Counted from the first letter of the stretch, positions 36,967 through 47,597 are shown. The stretch is DNA of 64,000 bases from Candidatus Multivoradales bacterium (GCA_965248925.1 CBDFLE010000006.1:1344001-1408000); one strand, 5' to 3'. Program-made: numbers and translations. The notes: a model not told the origin generated them from the letters alone.

Positions 36967-39900
36967 ATGAACCCTCGTCTGCTTCCCAGGGTCAACCAAC
37001 CCAATCCTTGGACCCTCCTTGCCCTCTGCTACTGGCTGAGCTTCCTGGCGTGGGCGAGCGCCTTTGGCGAGGCAGCCCAGAGCGAGGAGATCGATCTCGA
37101 TCCGGGCTATGTCCACCGCCACTGGACCACCGACGATGGCCTACCCGTTCATGCCCTGAGCGGGGTGTTGCAAGACTCTGAAGGCTATCTGTGGATCGGC
37201 AGTTATGACGGCCTGATCCGCTTCGACGGCCATCGATTCACCACCTTCATGCCTGATCGAGTGCCGCAGCTCGGCAGCCCCCGAATCCGCGACCTCACCA
37301 GGTCCATGGCCGGTATCTGGATTCTCACCAGCACCGGCAAGCTGACTTTGTATCGCCAAGGAAGATTCTCGGACCCGGTGGGCTGGGAACCTGCCGATGG
37401 GCTGATCCGCTTTCTCAAGCAGCAGGACGACGAGCTCTGGGTGGTGGCCGAGCATGCCCTCTTCCGGGTCGGCGACGACGGCCAGTTGGAGCGCGTTCAA
37501 CGCCTGCCCAACGACCGTGATCTGACCGGCTTCGCTGACGATCTCAGCGGACGGCGTTGGCTGACCACTTCGCAGGGCATTGCCTGGCTCGAAGGAGAGC
37601 AGCTTCGCTGGCACGAAACCTCGAGCCGGGTGCTCGGGGCGGTCCGCCTGGGCGAGGGCATGCTCTTCTTCCGCCAAGACGCGGTCCCCCTCGAATTTCG
37701 CGGCGACCAGTGGCACCCTTGGACCCAGGAGATCGCCCCGGGGATCCAACTGCACGGCACCAGCAGTGTCGCCCAGCTACCTTGGGGCGGTAGCCTGCTG
37801 ATCAACGGCGGTCGCTATTTCCAGGCCGAGAATGGCCGCTTGGAATTCGTCGAAGTACCAGCCAGGCCACTATCGTTGAAGAATTCGTTCGCCAGCCAGG
37901 CCAATGGCGACCACTGGCTGGCCCTGGGCACCAAGCTGTATCGCAATGACCAACTGATCTTTGAGTTGAACAGCGACAGCGGTATTCAGTCCTTGACTAT
38001 CGACCGGGAGGGCACGGTTTGGATGGCGACCTCCAGCGACGGGCTGCACGCGCTGGTGCCAGCAGTCTTCGCGCTGATCGACCAGAGCCGTGGTCTGGCC
38101 ACGGAGAACGCCTATGCGGTGTACCAGGATCGCTCCCGGCAAATCTGGATCGGCACCCACGGAGGCGGCGCCTGGCGGTTAACCGGCAACCACTTGACCG
38201 CCATCGACCAGGCACCGGGAACACTTTTGCGGAACTTTCCCCGCGCTTTCCTGGAGGATGACCAAGGCACCCTGTGGGTGGGCCTGTCGGGAGGACTGTC
38301 GGGGGGCATCTACCAGCTCGCCGATGGCCAGCTCCAACGGGTCACAGATGAGCTAGGAGAAGTGCCCAATTGGTCGGTGAACGCCCTGTTGCAAGACCCA
38401 TCTGGACAGATCTGGGCTGGCACCGAAGCGGGTCTCTACCGTCGCCTGAAAGGCACTGAAGATAGCCCAGCACGGTGGCAGCGAGTCGGTAAGGCCGAAC
38501 TGCCGCAGGCAGAGATTCGCAGCCTCGCCTTCTCACCCAAGGGGCATTTGTGGGTGGCGACGGCTGGCGGAGTGGGCCGCTACGCCGACGGCGAATGGCG
38601 GACCCTAGACACCACCGACGGACTGCCCAACCAGCTGATTCGGGCGCTGCATTTCGACTCTCAGGGGGTGCTCTGGATCGGCACCGAGGGGGGCGGATTG
38701 GCCCGCCTCGGTGCAGCCGAATTCGACCCCACCGAGCGGCCGGCGATCACTGTCTTCAGTACTGCCAACGGGCTCTTCTCCAACGGCATCCACGCCATTC
38801 TGGAAGATGGTCTCGGCTATCTTTGGATGAGTAGCAACCAGGGGATATTTCGAGTCGAGCGCGCCCAGCTCGAAGAAGTAGCGGCAGGGCGGGCGCGACA
38901 GATCGAGTGCTTGGCCTTCGGCGAGAGCGATGGCCTGCGCAATCGAGAAGCCAACGGCGGCACCCTCAATGCCGGTCTGCGCAGCAGCGATGGCCGCCTT
39001 TGGTTCGCTACCCAAGGGGGCGTGGCAATGATCGATCCGGCCAACACCCACTTGTTCGCCACTGGCGAGTTCCCCAGCAAGGTGTTGATCGAGGGGCTGA
39101 GGATCGAAGGGGAAGGAGGGCGCCAGCTCGAGGTGCGCAATGCGGACCTTGTGCTAGCCGCCACCGAACGCTCCTTCTTGATCGACTACACCCTGCCCAC
39201 CTCACGCTATGCCGAGCGAGCCCGCTTTCGCTATCGACTCCAGGGCTACAACCGGGAATGGACTCTCGCCGGGGCCCGGCGCCAGGCGATCTTCACCCAA
39301 GTGCCGGCCGGCACCTATACTTTTCGCGTCGAAGCCCATGGCTTGGGCGGCAGTACCCGCCCGAGCCCAGCCGCTCTGACGTTGACCATCCGCCCCTACT
39401 TCTATGAGACCTTGTGGTTTCGCAGCATAGCCTTGCTCGCTCTACTCGGCGGCGCCAGCGCTCTGCTCGAATTCCGCCACCGACGCCAACATGCTCGCCA
39501 GCGAGCCCAGCGGCGTGAACTCGAGCAGTTGGTGGTCCAACGCACCGCGGTGATCGCCGAGCAAGCTGAGAAATTGCGCGAGCTCGACCGTCTCAAATCC
39601 GAGCTCTTTACCAACGTCTCCCATGAGTTTCGAACGCCGCTAACCCTGGCCATTGGCCCGCTGCAAGATCTGCTCGATGGCGCCCAAGGCCCCCTTGAGC
39701 CAGGTGTCGAGGAAGATGTGGCGCTGGCGCTGCGCAATTCGCGCCGCGTGTTGGGACTGATCAACCAAATCCTCGAAGTTGCCCGACTCGAATCAGGTGA
39801 AGTCCGCCTGCGGGTGCGGCAAACCGAGGTGGTGTCGTTTGTCCAGCAACGGTTCGAGAGCTTCCGGGCTCTCGGCGAACGCAGCGGAATCAGCTCGATC

Positions 39901-41202
39901 TTTGAGTCGCCGGTCGATCAGCTCACCGCCTGGTTCGCCCCCCAACAGCTTGCCAAGGTGCTCGACAACCTGCTCGCCAACGCCTTCAACCTGACCCCTG
40001 GTGGCGGCACGGTCACCCTCGGCTTGACGGTCGATGCGCCCGAGTGGCTACGCATTTGGGTCCGCGACACGGGTCCCGGAGTTCCACCACAAAGCCTGGA
40101 GCGGATCTTCGTCCGCTTCCAGCAAGGAACGGATCGGCAAGCGGGTCCAAGTGGCCAGACCACACCGCGTCGGTGGACCGGAACAGGCATCGGTCTGGCC
40201 CTGGCCAAGGAGCTTGTCGCGCTACACAGAGGGACTCTTGAAGTCGACAGCAGCGAAGGGGAGGGAGCGACCTTCACCGTCTCTCTGAGGCTGGGTCGCG
40301 AGCATTTCCAAGCGGACGAGCTGGCCGCGGAAGGCACCGAGCCCGAGCCCTGCTCGCTGCTCCAAGAAACCTGGTCTACGGCTCCTCGTGCGGCCGACCC
40401 TAGCGATGCCGAAGAGGTCCTGGAAGAAGATTTCCAAGATCGGGCCAAAGTGCTGGTGGTCGACGACGATCCCGAGATCCGCCTCTATGTCCGCCGCAGC
40501 CTGCCAGGCTATCGCGTCATCGAGGCAGCCGAGGGGGGGCAAGCGCTGCGCTGCGCGGCTGCCCAACTGCCCGATCTCATCCTCTCCGACGTGATGATGC
40601 CCGGCATGGATGGTTTCGCCCTCGCCCGAGCGCTGCGGCAGGATCCTGAACTCGACTGCATCCCGATCATCTTGCTCACCGCCAAGGGATCGATGGAAAG
40701 CAAGTTGCAAGGGCTGGAGATCGGCATCGATGACTACCTCACCAAGCCGTTCAACGCCCGGGAGCTGCTCGGCCGCGTTCGCGGCTTGATCGACGGTCGA
40801 CGACGCTTGCTCGAGCACTTCACTGCCATCACCCGGCTGTCGCTGGTACCGCCGCAAATCGAGGTGCAGGCGGCCGACCAGGACTTCGTGCGCCGAGTCG
40901 GCGACCTGATCGAAGAGAACCTCGCCGACCCGGACTTCGGCGTCGAGTCGCTGGCCTCCAGGCTTGGCTGCGATCGCTCCTATCTGTTTCGCAAACTTCG
41001 CGACCTGCTCGGAGAAACTCCTTCAGCGGCCCTCCGCCGACTGCGCTTGGCCAGAGCCGAGCAGCTGATTCTCGGCCAGGCAGGAAGCATTAGCGAAATT
41101 GCCTACCAGGTGGGATTCAAGAGTCTGTCGCACTTCTCTCAGTGTTTCCGCGACCAATACGGCACGTCGCCTTCTGCTTATGGCCGCCCTGACGACGGTT
41201 AG
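36967..41202 (+). CDS. Second hybrid sensor kinase/AraC regulator (paralog of 21571-25821)
   Basis: Same domain order; shared near-identical segments (VEEDVALALRNS, DNLLANAFNLTP); probable ATG 36967. Confidence 0.92.
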   Translation: MNPRLLPRVNQPNPWTLLALCYWLSFLAWASAFGEAAQSEEIDLDPGYVHRHWTTDDGLPVHALSGVLQDSEGYLWIGSYDGLIRFDGHRFTTFMPDRVPQLGSPRIRDLTRSMAGIWILTSTGKLTLYRQGRFSDPVGWEPADGLIRFLKQQDDELWVVAEHALFRVGDDGQLERVQRLPNDRDLTGFADDLSGRRWLTTSQGIAWLEGEQLRWHETSSRVLGAVRLGEGMLFFRQDAVPLEFRGDQWHPWTQEIAPGIQLHGTSSVAQLPWGGSLLINGGRYFQAENGRLEFVEVPARPLSLKNSFASQANGDHWLALGTKLYRNDQLIFELNSDSGIQSLTIDREGTVWMATSSDGLHALVPAVFALIDQSRGLATENAYAVYQDRSRQIWIGTHGGGAWRLTGNHLTAIDQAPGTLLRNFPRAFLEDDQGTLWVGLSGGLSGGIYQLADGQLQRVTDELGEVPNWSVNALLQDPSGQIWAGTEAGLYRRLKGTEDSPARWQRVGKAELPQAEIRSLAFSPKGHLWVATAGGVGRYADGEWRTLDTTDGLPNQLIRALHFDSQGVLWIGTEGGGLARLGAAEFDPTERPAITVFSTANGLFSNGIHAILEDGLGYLWMSSNQGIFRVERAQLEEVAAGRARQIECLAFGESDGLRNREANGGTLNAGLRSSDGRLWFATQGGVAMIDPANTHLFATGEFPSKVLIEGLRIEGEGGRQLEVRNADLVLAATERSFLIDYTLPTSRYAERARFRYRLQGYNREWTLAGARRQAIFTQVPAGTYTFRVEAHGLGGSTRPSPAALTLTIRPYFYETLWFRSIALLALLGGASALLEFRHRRQHARQRAQRRELEQLVVQRTAVIAEQAEKLRELDRLKSELFTNVSHEFRTPLTLAIGPLQDLLDGAQGPLEPGVEEDVALALRNSRRVLGLINQILEVARLESGEVRLRVRQTEVVSFVQQRFESFRALGERSGISSIFESPVDQLTAWFAPQQLAKVLDNLLANAFNLTPGGGTVTLGLTVDAPEWLRIWVRDTGPGVPPQSLERIFVRFQQGTDRQAGPSGQTTPRRWTGTGIGLALAKELVALHRGTLEVDSSEGEGATFTVSLRLGREHFQADELAAEGTEPEPCSLLQETWSTAPRAADPSDAEEVLEEDFQDRAKVLVVDDDPEIRLYVRRSLPGYRVIEAAEGGQALRCAAAQLPDLILSDVMMPGMDGFALARALRQDPELDCIPIILLTAKGSMESKLQGLEIGIDDYLTKPFNARELLGRVRGLIDGRRRLLEHFTAITRLSLVPPQIEVQAADQDFVRRVGDLIEENLADPDFGVESLASRLGCDRSYLFRKLRDLLGETPSAALRRLRLARAEQLILGQAGSISEIAYQVGFKSLSHFSQCFRDQYGTSPSAYGRPDDG

Positions 41203-41256
41203 CGAGCCAGCGAAGAAGTCGTTCCCGAGATCTCTCGACACTGCCGACACCCCTGA

Positions 41257-41282
41257 CGACAATCTTCGCAACCTCGGCTACA
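41257..41282 (+). promoter_or_regulatory. Candidate AraC-domain operator, copy 2
   Basis: CGACAATCTTCGCAACCTCGGCTACA, ~55 bp after the sensor stop, similar to copy 1. Confidence 0.55.
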
Positions 41283-41408
41283 ACCTCTGATCGCCGCGGT
41301 CGGTAGCCTGCTCAGTAGCAGCCCACCGGCTGCCAGAAAGAACTTTCAAGCAGCGGTAGCCGCCGCTGGGTGAGCTCTGCCCGCTGCACTCTAGAAGGAG
41401 GTGCCACC

Positions 41409-42974
41409 ATGACCTGCACTCGTCCGCTCTCCCGCCCCCAGCCTCTGCACTCGGCGGCTCACAGGAGGCCAGCAAGGTCTTTCCTGCAGCTGACCATCAC
41501 CCTCTTGCTGCTCGTGTTTAGCGGTGAACACCTGTTCGCCGCGGACTCTGAGTTCACCGTCTGCGATGGATCCTACGCGCTGTGTAGCGCCGCTCCCTGC
41601 ACACCGACACCCCTGGCCGACGAACAGGGCCAGAGCATCGCACCGACCGAAGCGGTGTGTGATTGCGTGGTCGCCCAAGGTGCCAATGTTGGGCCGAGCA
41701 GCTGCGCCGACCGGGAAGCGGAAGTGGACCAAGGTCGGCTGGTGTCGACCTATTCTTTCGGCTTGATGGCCACCCAGCCGACGATGATCTGCGATGGCGG
41801 TGCCTACACCGACTGCTTCGGCTACCCTTGCATCGTCGACCTGGACGATCCGACCCGCGCCTCGTGTACGTGCGCGATAGTCGACAATGAATTCGACCAG
41901 CCCTTCGCCACCCAAGGGGGCCAATGCGACCTGGGTAGCTGCCGCGAAACCCTGTGGTCGGCAGCGACCGTCGGCGCCGACCTCGCCGCCAACAAAGTGC
42001 TGGCTTCCAGCATGGGGTTGAGCCAGCCGCCCAGCAACTGGTGTTCAGCCGTGGTGGAGACCGCGGCAGCCGAGAATCTGTGTGCCGACTACTGCTACCA
42101 AGTGATGGGCGAGCCGGGAGTCTGCACCGGCGAGTACCAGCTCTACAGCTCCCTCGGCGAGTGCCTCGACACCTGCGCGAAGTTTCCAGCCGATGGAGTG
42201 GCCGACGCGGTATCAGGCAACAGCGTGCAATGCCGTATCGAGCACGCCAAGTTAGCCCAGGGAGTCGAGGGACCCAAGAAGCACTGTCCCCATGCCTCTC
42301 CGGCCGGCGGTGGAGTCTGCATAGATCGCAGCCCCTGTCAGGCCTACTGCCTGTTCTACTACGACCGGGTGGAGGAAGGCGATTGCCCCCTACTCGAAGA
42401 TCTCTGGGGGTCGAGTATCGGGGAAATGGGTGAGAAAAATGTTTTCCATCCCAATCCTGAGTGCATGCAGACTTGTGCCACTTTCGCCGGTGCCGGCCAG
42501 GCTTGGGAGATGAGTGGCGACAGCGCCAACTGCCGCATGCAGTTCTACTTGATGGCTCACCGAACCAGCGACCCGACCCAGCTTGACAGTCTCTGCGGCA
42601 ACGCCAATCCAGTCTCCTCGACGATGTGTCAGGGCAGCACTTTCGGCGACTACTACAAAACACGCGCCACCGATCCTTGTCAGGAGCTGTGCTACAACGA
42701 CTGGCTTACTTGCGACAGCAGCTACGGCAGCGAACGGCAATGCCTGGCAACCTGTGCCGGTTTCCCCGCCCTGGGCGAGCGTCAGAGCACTCAAGGCGAC
42801 ACCGTGCAATGCCGACTGAGCTGGGCACAATATGCCTTCTTCGTCACCGGTGAACAGCGCCAGATATTCTGCGATTTCGCCCAGGCCGAGAGCCCGGTAT
42901 GTCGTCAGCCAAACGCCGAGGGCGGCCCCGCGACCCTACCCACGGCAGTGCAAGAGGCTTTGATGGGCCACTGA
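41409..42974 (+). CDS. Secreted cysteine-rich repeat protein
   Basis: AAGGAGG SD; hydrophobic signal; N-terminal Cys domain plus three C..C..C..CA.F..G[ND][ST]..CR repeats. Confidence 0.75.
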   Translation: MTCTRPLSRPQPLHSAAHRRPARSFLQLTITLLLLVFSGEHLFAADSEFTVCDGSYALCSAAPCTPTPLADEQGQSIAPTEAVCDCVVAQGANVGPSSCADREAEVDQGRLVSTYSFGLMATQPTMICDGGAYTDCFGYPCIVDLDDPTRASCTCAIVDNEFDQPFATQGGQCDLGSCRETLWSAATVGADLAANKVLASSMGLSQPPSNWCSAVVETAAAENLCADYCYQVMGEPGVCTGEYQLYSSLGECLDTCAKFPADGVADAVSGNSVQCRIEHAKLAQGVEGPKKHCPHASPAGGGVCIDRSPCQAYCLFYYDRVEEGDCPLLEDLWGSSIGEMGEKNVFHPNPECMQTCATFAGAGQAWEMSGDSANCRMQFYLMAHRTSDPTQLDSLCGNANPVSSTMCQGSTFGDYYKTRATDPCQELCYNDWLTCDSSYGSERQCLATCAGFPALGERQSTQGDTVQCRLSWAQYAFFVTGEQRQIFCDFAQAESPVCRQPNAEGGPATLPTAVQEALMGH

Positions 42975-43053
42975 TTCCGACCCCGCGATCAGGACCCCGC
43001 AGTGCCCAACGACCGTCACCGGGACGACAACTGCCCTGACCGGGGCAAGCCTC

Positions 43054-45249
43054 TTATTTGCCGCGGCGAATCTCGAATCCTGGGTCACGGTCGTCAGGCC
43101 GGCGGAAGTTGCTCTCGAACTCACCCGCCACTCGCGCGGAGATCTCGAAGCTGCTTGAGCGAGCCTTGGAGTCGATCATGCCGACCTCGCGGCCACTGAT
43201 CCCACCACGGCGACAGAGCAGCGCCAGCAGCCGCTTGGCGTTGGCCCCGTTGCTATAGCCCCAATTGATCGAGAAGCTGGTGAAATCACCACTTCGCCGC
43301 CCACCCGGCGCACCGCTTCGCGGCATCCTAGGGCCACCGCGCGGACCCGAAAAACCTCCTCGCGGGCCACCGAAGCCGCCGCGCGGGCCGCCAAAACCAG
43401 AGCGTGGCCGAGGTCCACTGCCACGCGGCCCGCGACCGCGAGGCCCGCCGCCAGAACCGCGACCACGATCTTCCCAACTGGTCGAGCGCATCTCGGGAAC
43501 GCGCAATTCGAAGGGCTCTCGCGGCGGCCCCGGCTGGCGTGACAGCAGCACCGCGACGACCCGCGCGGGATCGTTATCCTCGATCAAGCGTTGGGCATAG
43601 GCCAGGTGTTCCGTAGGGGTTGGTGAATCGTCGATCAGCGCGTGGTACAGCCCGCGACGCGCTCGCTTGATGATCTTCTTGCTGATCTTGGCGGCGCTCG
43701 GTAACTCGCTCCAGCCGGCATCGACCCGTGCTTCGAAGAGTAGCCGGCGGGCGCGCCGCACCTGGTGCACCGGCACCAGCAAGACGCTACGCCCCTTGCT
43801 GCCGGCGCGGCCAGTGCGACCGCTCCGGTGAGTGTAGCTCTCACCGTCGAACGGTAGATCGCCGTGAATCACCATCGCCACGTCGGGGATGTCGAGCCCC
43901 CGCGCCGCCACATCGGTGGCCACCAACACGCTGATCATCCCAGCGCGAAAAGCCGCCAAAGTGCGAGTGCGCTGAGCTTGCTGCAAATCGCCACTGATGG
44001 CCAGCGCCGAGAAACCGTCTTTGGCCAGACGTTCGGCAACCTGGGCTGCGTCGATCCGCGTCTTGACGAACACCAGGGTCCGCTGACTGCCGGTCATCAG
44101 CAGCAGGTTGACCAACGCGGGGTAGCGGTCACGCTCATAGATCACATGCGCGATGTGGGCAATGTCCTCGTGCGCTTCGCCCAGGCGGGTGCCTTCGATG
44201 TGCATCGGATCGCGCTGGTAGCGCTCGGCCAACCGGCGGATGGCGGCGGGGAAGGTCGCCGACACTAGATGCGTGGTGCGTTCCTTGGGAGTTGTCTCAA
44301 GGATCGCCTCGAGCTCCTCGCGGAAGCCCATGTCGAGCATCTGGTCGGCCTCGTCAAGCACTAACTGAGTAATTCCCGAGCCGTCAAGGGCGCCATTCCG
44401 CAAGTGGTCGAGCAACCGGCCAGGGGTACCGACCACCACCTGTGGCGGCCGGTTCAGGCGTCGGAGGTCACGGCGAATATCGGTGCCGCCGGTGAACGAC
44501 TCGACCCGCAAACCACTGACTTTGGAGAATAGCCAAGCGAGCTCTTCGCAGACCTGCACCGCTAGCTCGCGGGTCGGCGCGATGATCATCGCCTGAGTAC
44601 CGCCGTGGTACTCCTCGTCATTGAGCAACACGGGAGCCATCAACATGCCCAACGCCACCGTCTTGCCCGAGCCGGTCTGGGAGGAAATCTGCACATCCCG
44701 GCCTTGGACTTCGCTTTCGAGTACCGCTCTCTGTACCGCCGTCGCCTGGTGATAGCCGCGGCCTTCCAGGGCTCGACGGAGGGGCTTGGCCAGAGTGGCA
44801 AACACATCCGCCGCGGCTGGCTCCGCCGCCACTTCAGCAGCAGCGGGGTCGGTACCAGGCTCTTCCACCGGCTGCTCTTGCACAGGCTCTTTGGCGACGG
44901 TGGCTTGCGCCTCGGCAGGTTCAGCCGCCGGTTCTACTTCAACTTCTGTTTCTGCTTCTGCTTCTACTTCTGTTTCTGCTTCTACTTCTGCTTCAATTGC
45001 GGCTTCCGCTTCAACCTCTGCCGGCTCTGTGCCTTCGGTCTCGGCAGGCTCGGCAGCATTCGCCGCCGCAGACTCGGCTTCGCCCGCGGTCGCGGACGGC
45101 TCTGCCGCTATTTCTTCGGTGGTCGCAGAATCGCCAATCACGGCTGCTTCCTCAACCTCGGTGTTTGTTTCGTTCGACGATTCGGTGGCCCGTTCGGGGT
45201 CGCTTTCGAGGTCCGACTCGCCCTGGGCGTCGCTATCTGGAGCTTTCAT
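43054..45249 (-). CDS. DEAD-box RNA helicase (DeaD/CsdA-like) with acidic N-terminal extension and DbpA-type C-terminal domain
   Basis: QTGSGKT, PTRELA, TPGR, LDEAD, SAT and HRSGRTGRAG motifs; RGG-rich linker. Confidence 0.92.
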   Translation of the reverse strand: MKAPDSDAQGESDLESDPERATESSNETNTEVEEAAVIGDSATTEEIAAEPSATAGEAESAAANAAEPAETEGTEPAEVEAEAAIEAEVEAETEVEAEAETEVEVEPAAEPAEAQATVAKEPVQEQPVEEPGTDPAAAEVAAEPAAADVFATLAKPLRRALEGRGYHQATAVQRAVLESEVQGRDVQISSQTGSGKTVALGMLMAPVLLNDEEYHGGTQAMIIAPTRELAVQVCEELAWLFSKVSGLRVESFTGGTDIRRDLRRLNRPPQVVVGTPGRLLDHLRNGALDGSGITQLVLDEADQMLDMGFREELEAILETTPKERTTHLVSATFPAAIRRLAERYQRDPMHIEGTRLGEAHEDIAHIAHVIYERDRYPALVNLLLMTGSQRTLVFVKTRIDAAQVAERLAKDGFSALAISGDLQQAQRTRTLAAFRAGMISVLVATDVAARGLDIPDVAMVIHGDLPFDGESYTHRSGRTGRAGSKGRSVLLVPVHQVRRARRLLFEARVDAGWSELPSAAKISKKIIKRARRGLYHALIDDSPTPTEHLAYAQRLIEDNDPARVVAVLLSRQPGPPREPFELRVPEMRSTSWEDRGRGSGGGPRGRGPRGSGPRPRSGFGGPRGGFGGPRGGFSGPRGGPRMPRSGAPGGRRSGDFTSFSINWGYSNGANAKRLLALLCRRGGISGREVGMIDSKARSSSFEISARVAGEFESNFRRPDDRDPGFEIRRGK

Positions 45250-45460
45250 GAGTTTCCTTCCATCTCTACGATCGGAGTCTGACCACCCATGCCCGCGGGC
45301 AGGCGTATTCCTGGGTGCCCCGGCGGCACACTCGACGAGCTACGGCGAGATTGGGAATTGAAGTGGCAAACCCTCGACCTGCCAAGGATACCCGAAGAAG
45401 CCGCCGCGGCACAGAGCATTGACACCCAGGAAGGAACGAGCTCGACCTGGGCTGCCGCTC

Positions 45461-47521
45461 TCAGCCGCCGAGCAGCGCTTCGACCTGGCGCCGCTGCGGA
45501 TCGTAGGCCGGCCGCGGCGCCAGTTCGACGAACCGACGCAGGGTATGGACCGCGTCGGCCACTCCGAGTTCGCGCTCGAGCAAGCCTACGTTGAGCAGCA
45601 GCTGCCAATCCCGCGGCGCCAGCTCCAGCGCCCGGCGCCAGGCCTTGAGGGCCGCTTGGGGTTGCTGGCTCTGGTAACGCGCCTGCCCCAAATTGCGCCA
45701 CGCCGCCAGCCGTCCAGGATCGAGGGCCACGGCCCGCTCGGCGTGCTCGGCGGCGAGTTCGCCGCGGCCCACTTCGAGAGCGAGGTAGGAGAGGTTTTCG
45801 AAGGTCAGCGGCTCGTCGGGCGCTTCCTCGGCCAACGCTTCGAGACTCGCCAGCGCTTCGCCCGCACGCCCCAGGTAGGCCAGCGCCAATGCACGGTGAT
45901 TGCGCGCCGCCGAATCCGCCAGGGGTTCGAGCACGCGCAACGCTTCTCCGGGCCGACCGGCAGCGAGCAACGACAGACCGAGCTGGCGCAGCAAAGGCGG
46001 TGTCGCGGCGGCCCGGCGCAATACCTCGACGGCCTCTTCCGGCTTGCCGATGGCGCTGAGAAAGGTGCCGACATGAAGCGCCACAACGGTCATCGTCGGC
46101 CTTTGGGCGAGCACTTCGCGGCCGATGGCGATCGCTTTCTCTGTATGGCCGGCCAGGCGCAGGTCAAGCATTAGCTGCACCCGCCGATCGAGTTCTAGCA
46201 AGTTCTTTGGATCGTCTTCCGGACCGAAAACCCGCGCCGACCCCGCGTCCCCTCCTACATAGCCCAAGCTGCGCAGCCGCGCCGCATTCTCCGGCGCGAT
46301 CGCGGCATCCGCCGGTGGCCAGCCGGTGTCTGGCAAGAGCGCCGCTAGCTCGGCCTTGAGCCGACGGTTATCAAGCGCCAGATTGCTCAACTCACGCGGG
46401 TCGACAGCCAGGTCGTAGAGCTCAGGCAGAGGTAGGTCGAGATACTTGAACCCACCTCGCAACTGCCCCCGCAACGGTGCCCATCCATAGTCGTAGTAAG
46501 CCGAAAGAGCCTCGAAGTAGGAGCTTGGCTGTGCCCCGGCCGGAGCCAGCAGAGAACTACCCGGCAAGCCCGCGGGCAGCTCCAAGTCGAGCCGCTCAAG
46601 AACCGTGGGAAAGACATCGATCAACCGCGCCGGCCGGCGGTCGCGAGCCGGCTCGACACCCACCCCCCACAGCACCAAGGGCACTTTCAAGGTGGCCTCG
46701 TAGGCGAACAAGCCGTGACTCGCCTCGCCATGCTCGCCACGGGCCTCGCCGTGGTCCGAGGTGAAGATCACCAGGGTGTCGCCAGCGCTCTTCTCCAGCT
46801 CGCTGAGGAAAGGTTGCAAGTAGGAGTCCACCGCCGCCACCTCGCCGAGGTAGGGATCCGCGGCATAGCGGGTCGCGAAGGGCTCGGGAGGGTCGTAGGG
46901 GGCGTGCGGTTCGAATAAGTGCAACCACAGAAAGCGGCGCTCGCCAGCCCGCGAACGCCACCAGCGCAAAGCCTCGGTAACCGCCTGATCGCCAGCCCGC
47001 TCAGCGTAGAGCAAGCCTCCCGAAACGGCGCCGAACTCGTCGTCATAGAGTTCGAAACCGCGATCTAGACCAAAGCGCCGATCGAGGGGAAAGGCAGAAA
47101 CAAAGGCTGCTGTGCGAAAACCGGCGGCTGACAGTCGGCTGGCCAACGTCGGCACCGTGGCGTCGAAGGTGGTGGCACCGTTGCGCCGGGCACCATGCTC
47201 GGTCGGATAGAGGCCGGTCAGCAGGCTGGCGTGCGACGGCAGCGTGGTGACGCTGTGCACATGGGCATGCTCAAAGACCCGGCCAGCGGCGGCCAGGCGA
47301 TCCAGGGCAGGGGTCTCTACGGACGGGTTGCCGGCAAAACCCAGGGCATCGGCACGCAAGGTGTCGATGGTGATCAGCACCACCCCTTGTACCGCTAGCG
47401 GTGGCGGCTCAGCTGAGGGCCCGGAACAGCCACCGGTGCCCAGGCTGAGGGCCAGCAGACCCAGGCTGAGAAGCCCACGGCCCGGTGGCCGAATCTTGAG
47501 CGTCAATGCACCTCGTCGCAT
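45461..47521 (-). CDS. Sulfatase-like hydrolase with C-terminal TPR repeats
   Basis: ITIDTLRAD, TLPSHASLLTG, FEPHAPY and SDHGE motifs; TPR tail. Confidence 0.88.
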   Translation of the reverse strand: MRRGALTLKIRPPGRGLLSLGLLALSLGTGGCSGPSAEPPPLAVQGVVLITIDTLRADALGFAGNPSVETPALDRLAAAGRVFEHAHVHSVTTLPSHASLLTGLYPTEHGARRNGATTFDATVPTLASRLSAAGFRTAAFVSAFPLDRRFGLDRGFELYDDEFGAVSGGLLYAERAGDQAVTEALRWWRSRAGERRFLWLHLFEPHAPYDPPEPFATRYAADPYLGEVAAVDSYLQPFLSELEKSAGDTLVIFTSDHGEARGEHGEASHGLFAYEATLKVPLVLWGVGVEPARDRRPARLIDVFPTVLERLDLELPAGLPGSSLLAPAGAQPSSYFEALSAYYDYGWAPLRGQLRGGFKYLDLPLPELYDLAVDPRELSNLALDNRRLKAELAALLPDTGWPPADAAIAPENAARLRSLGYVGGDAGSARVFGPEDDPKNLLELDRRVQLMLDLRLAGHTEKAIAIGREVLAQRPTMTVVALHVGTFLSAIGKPEEAVEVLRRAAATPPLLRQLGLSLLAAGRPGEALRVLEPLADSAARNHRALALAYLGRAGEALASLEALAEEAPDEPLTFENLSYLALEVGRGELAAEHAERAVALDPGRLAAWRNLGQARYQSQQPQAALKAWRRALELAPRDWQLLLNVGLLERELGVADAVHTLRRFVELAPRPAYDPQRRQVEALLGG

Positions 47522-47597
47522 CTGCCGACTTTATCCCGAGTTGTCGCGGGTTCGACTATCGCTCGCCCGCCGATCGAGCACGGGTTATCCTCAGGCC

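Noticed and set aside
41409-42974. Multiheme cytochrome c
   Set aside because: Cys spacing is CxxxC without CxxCH motifs
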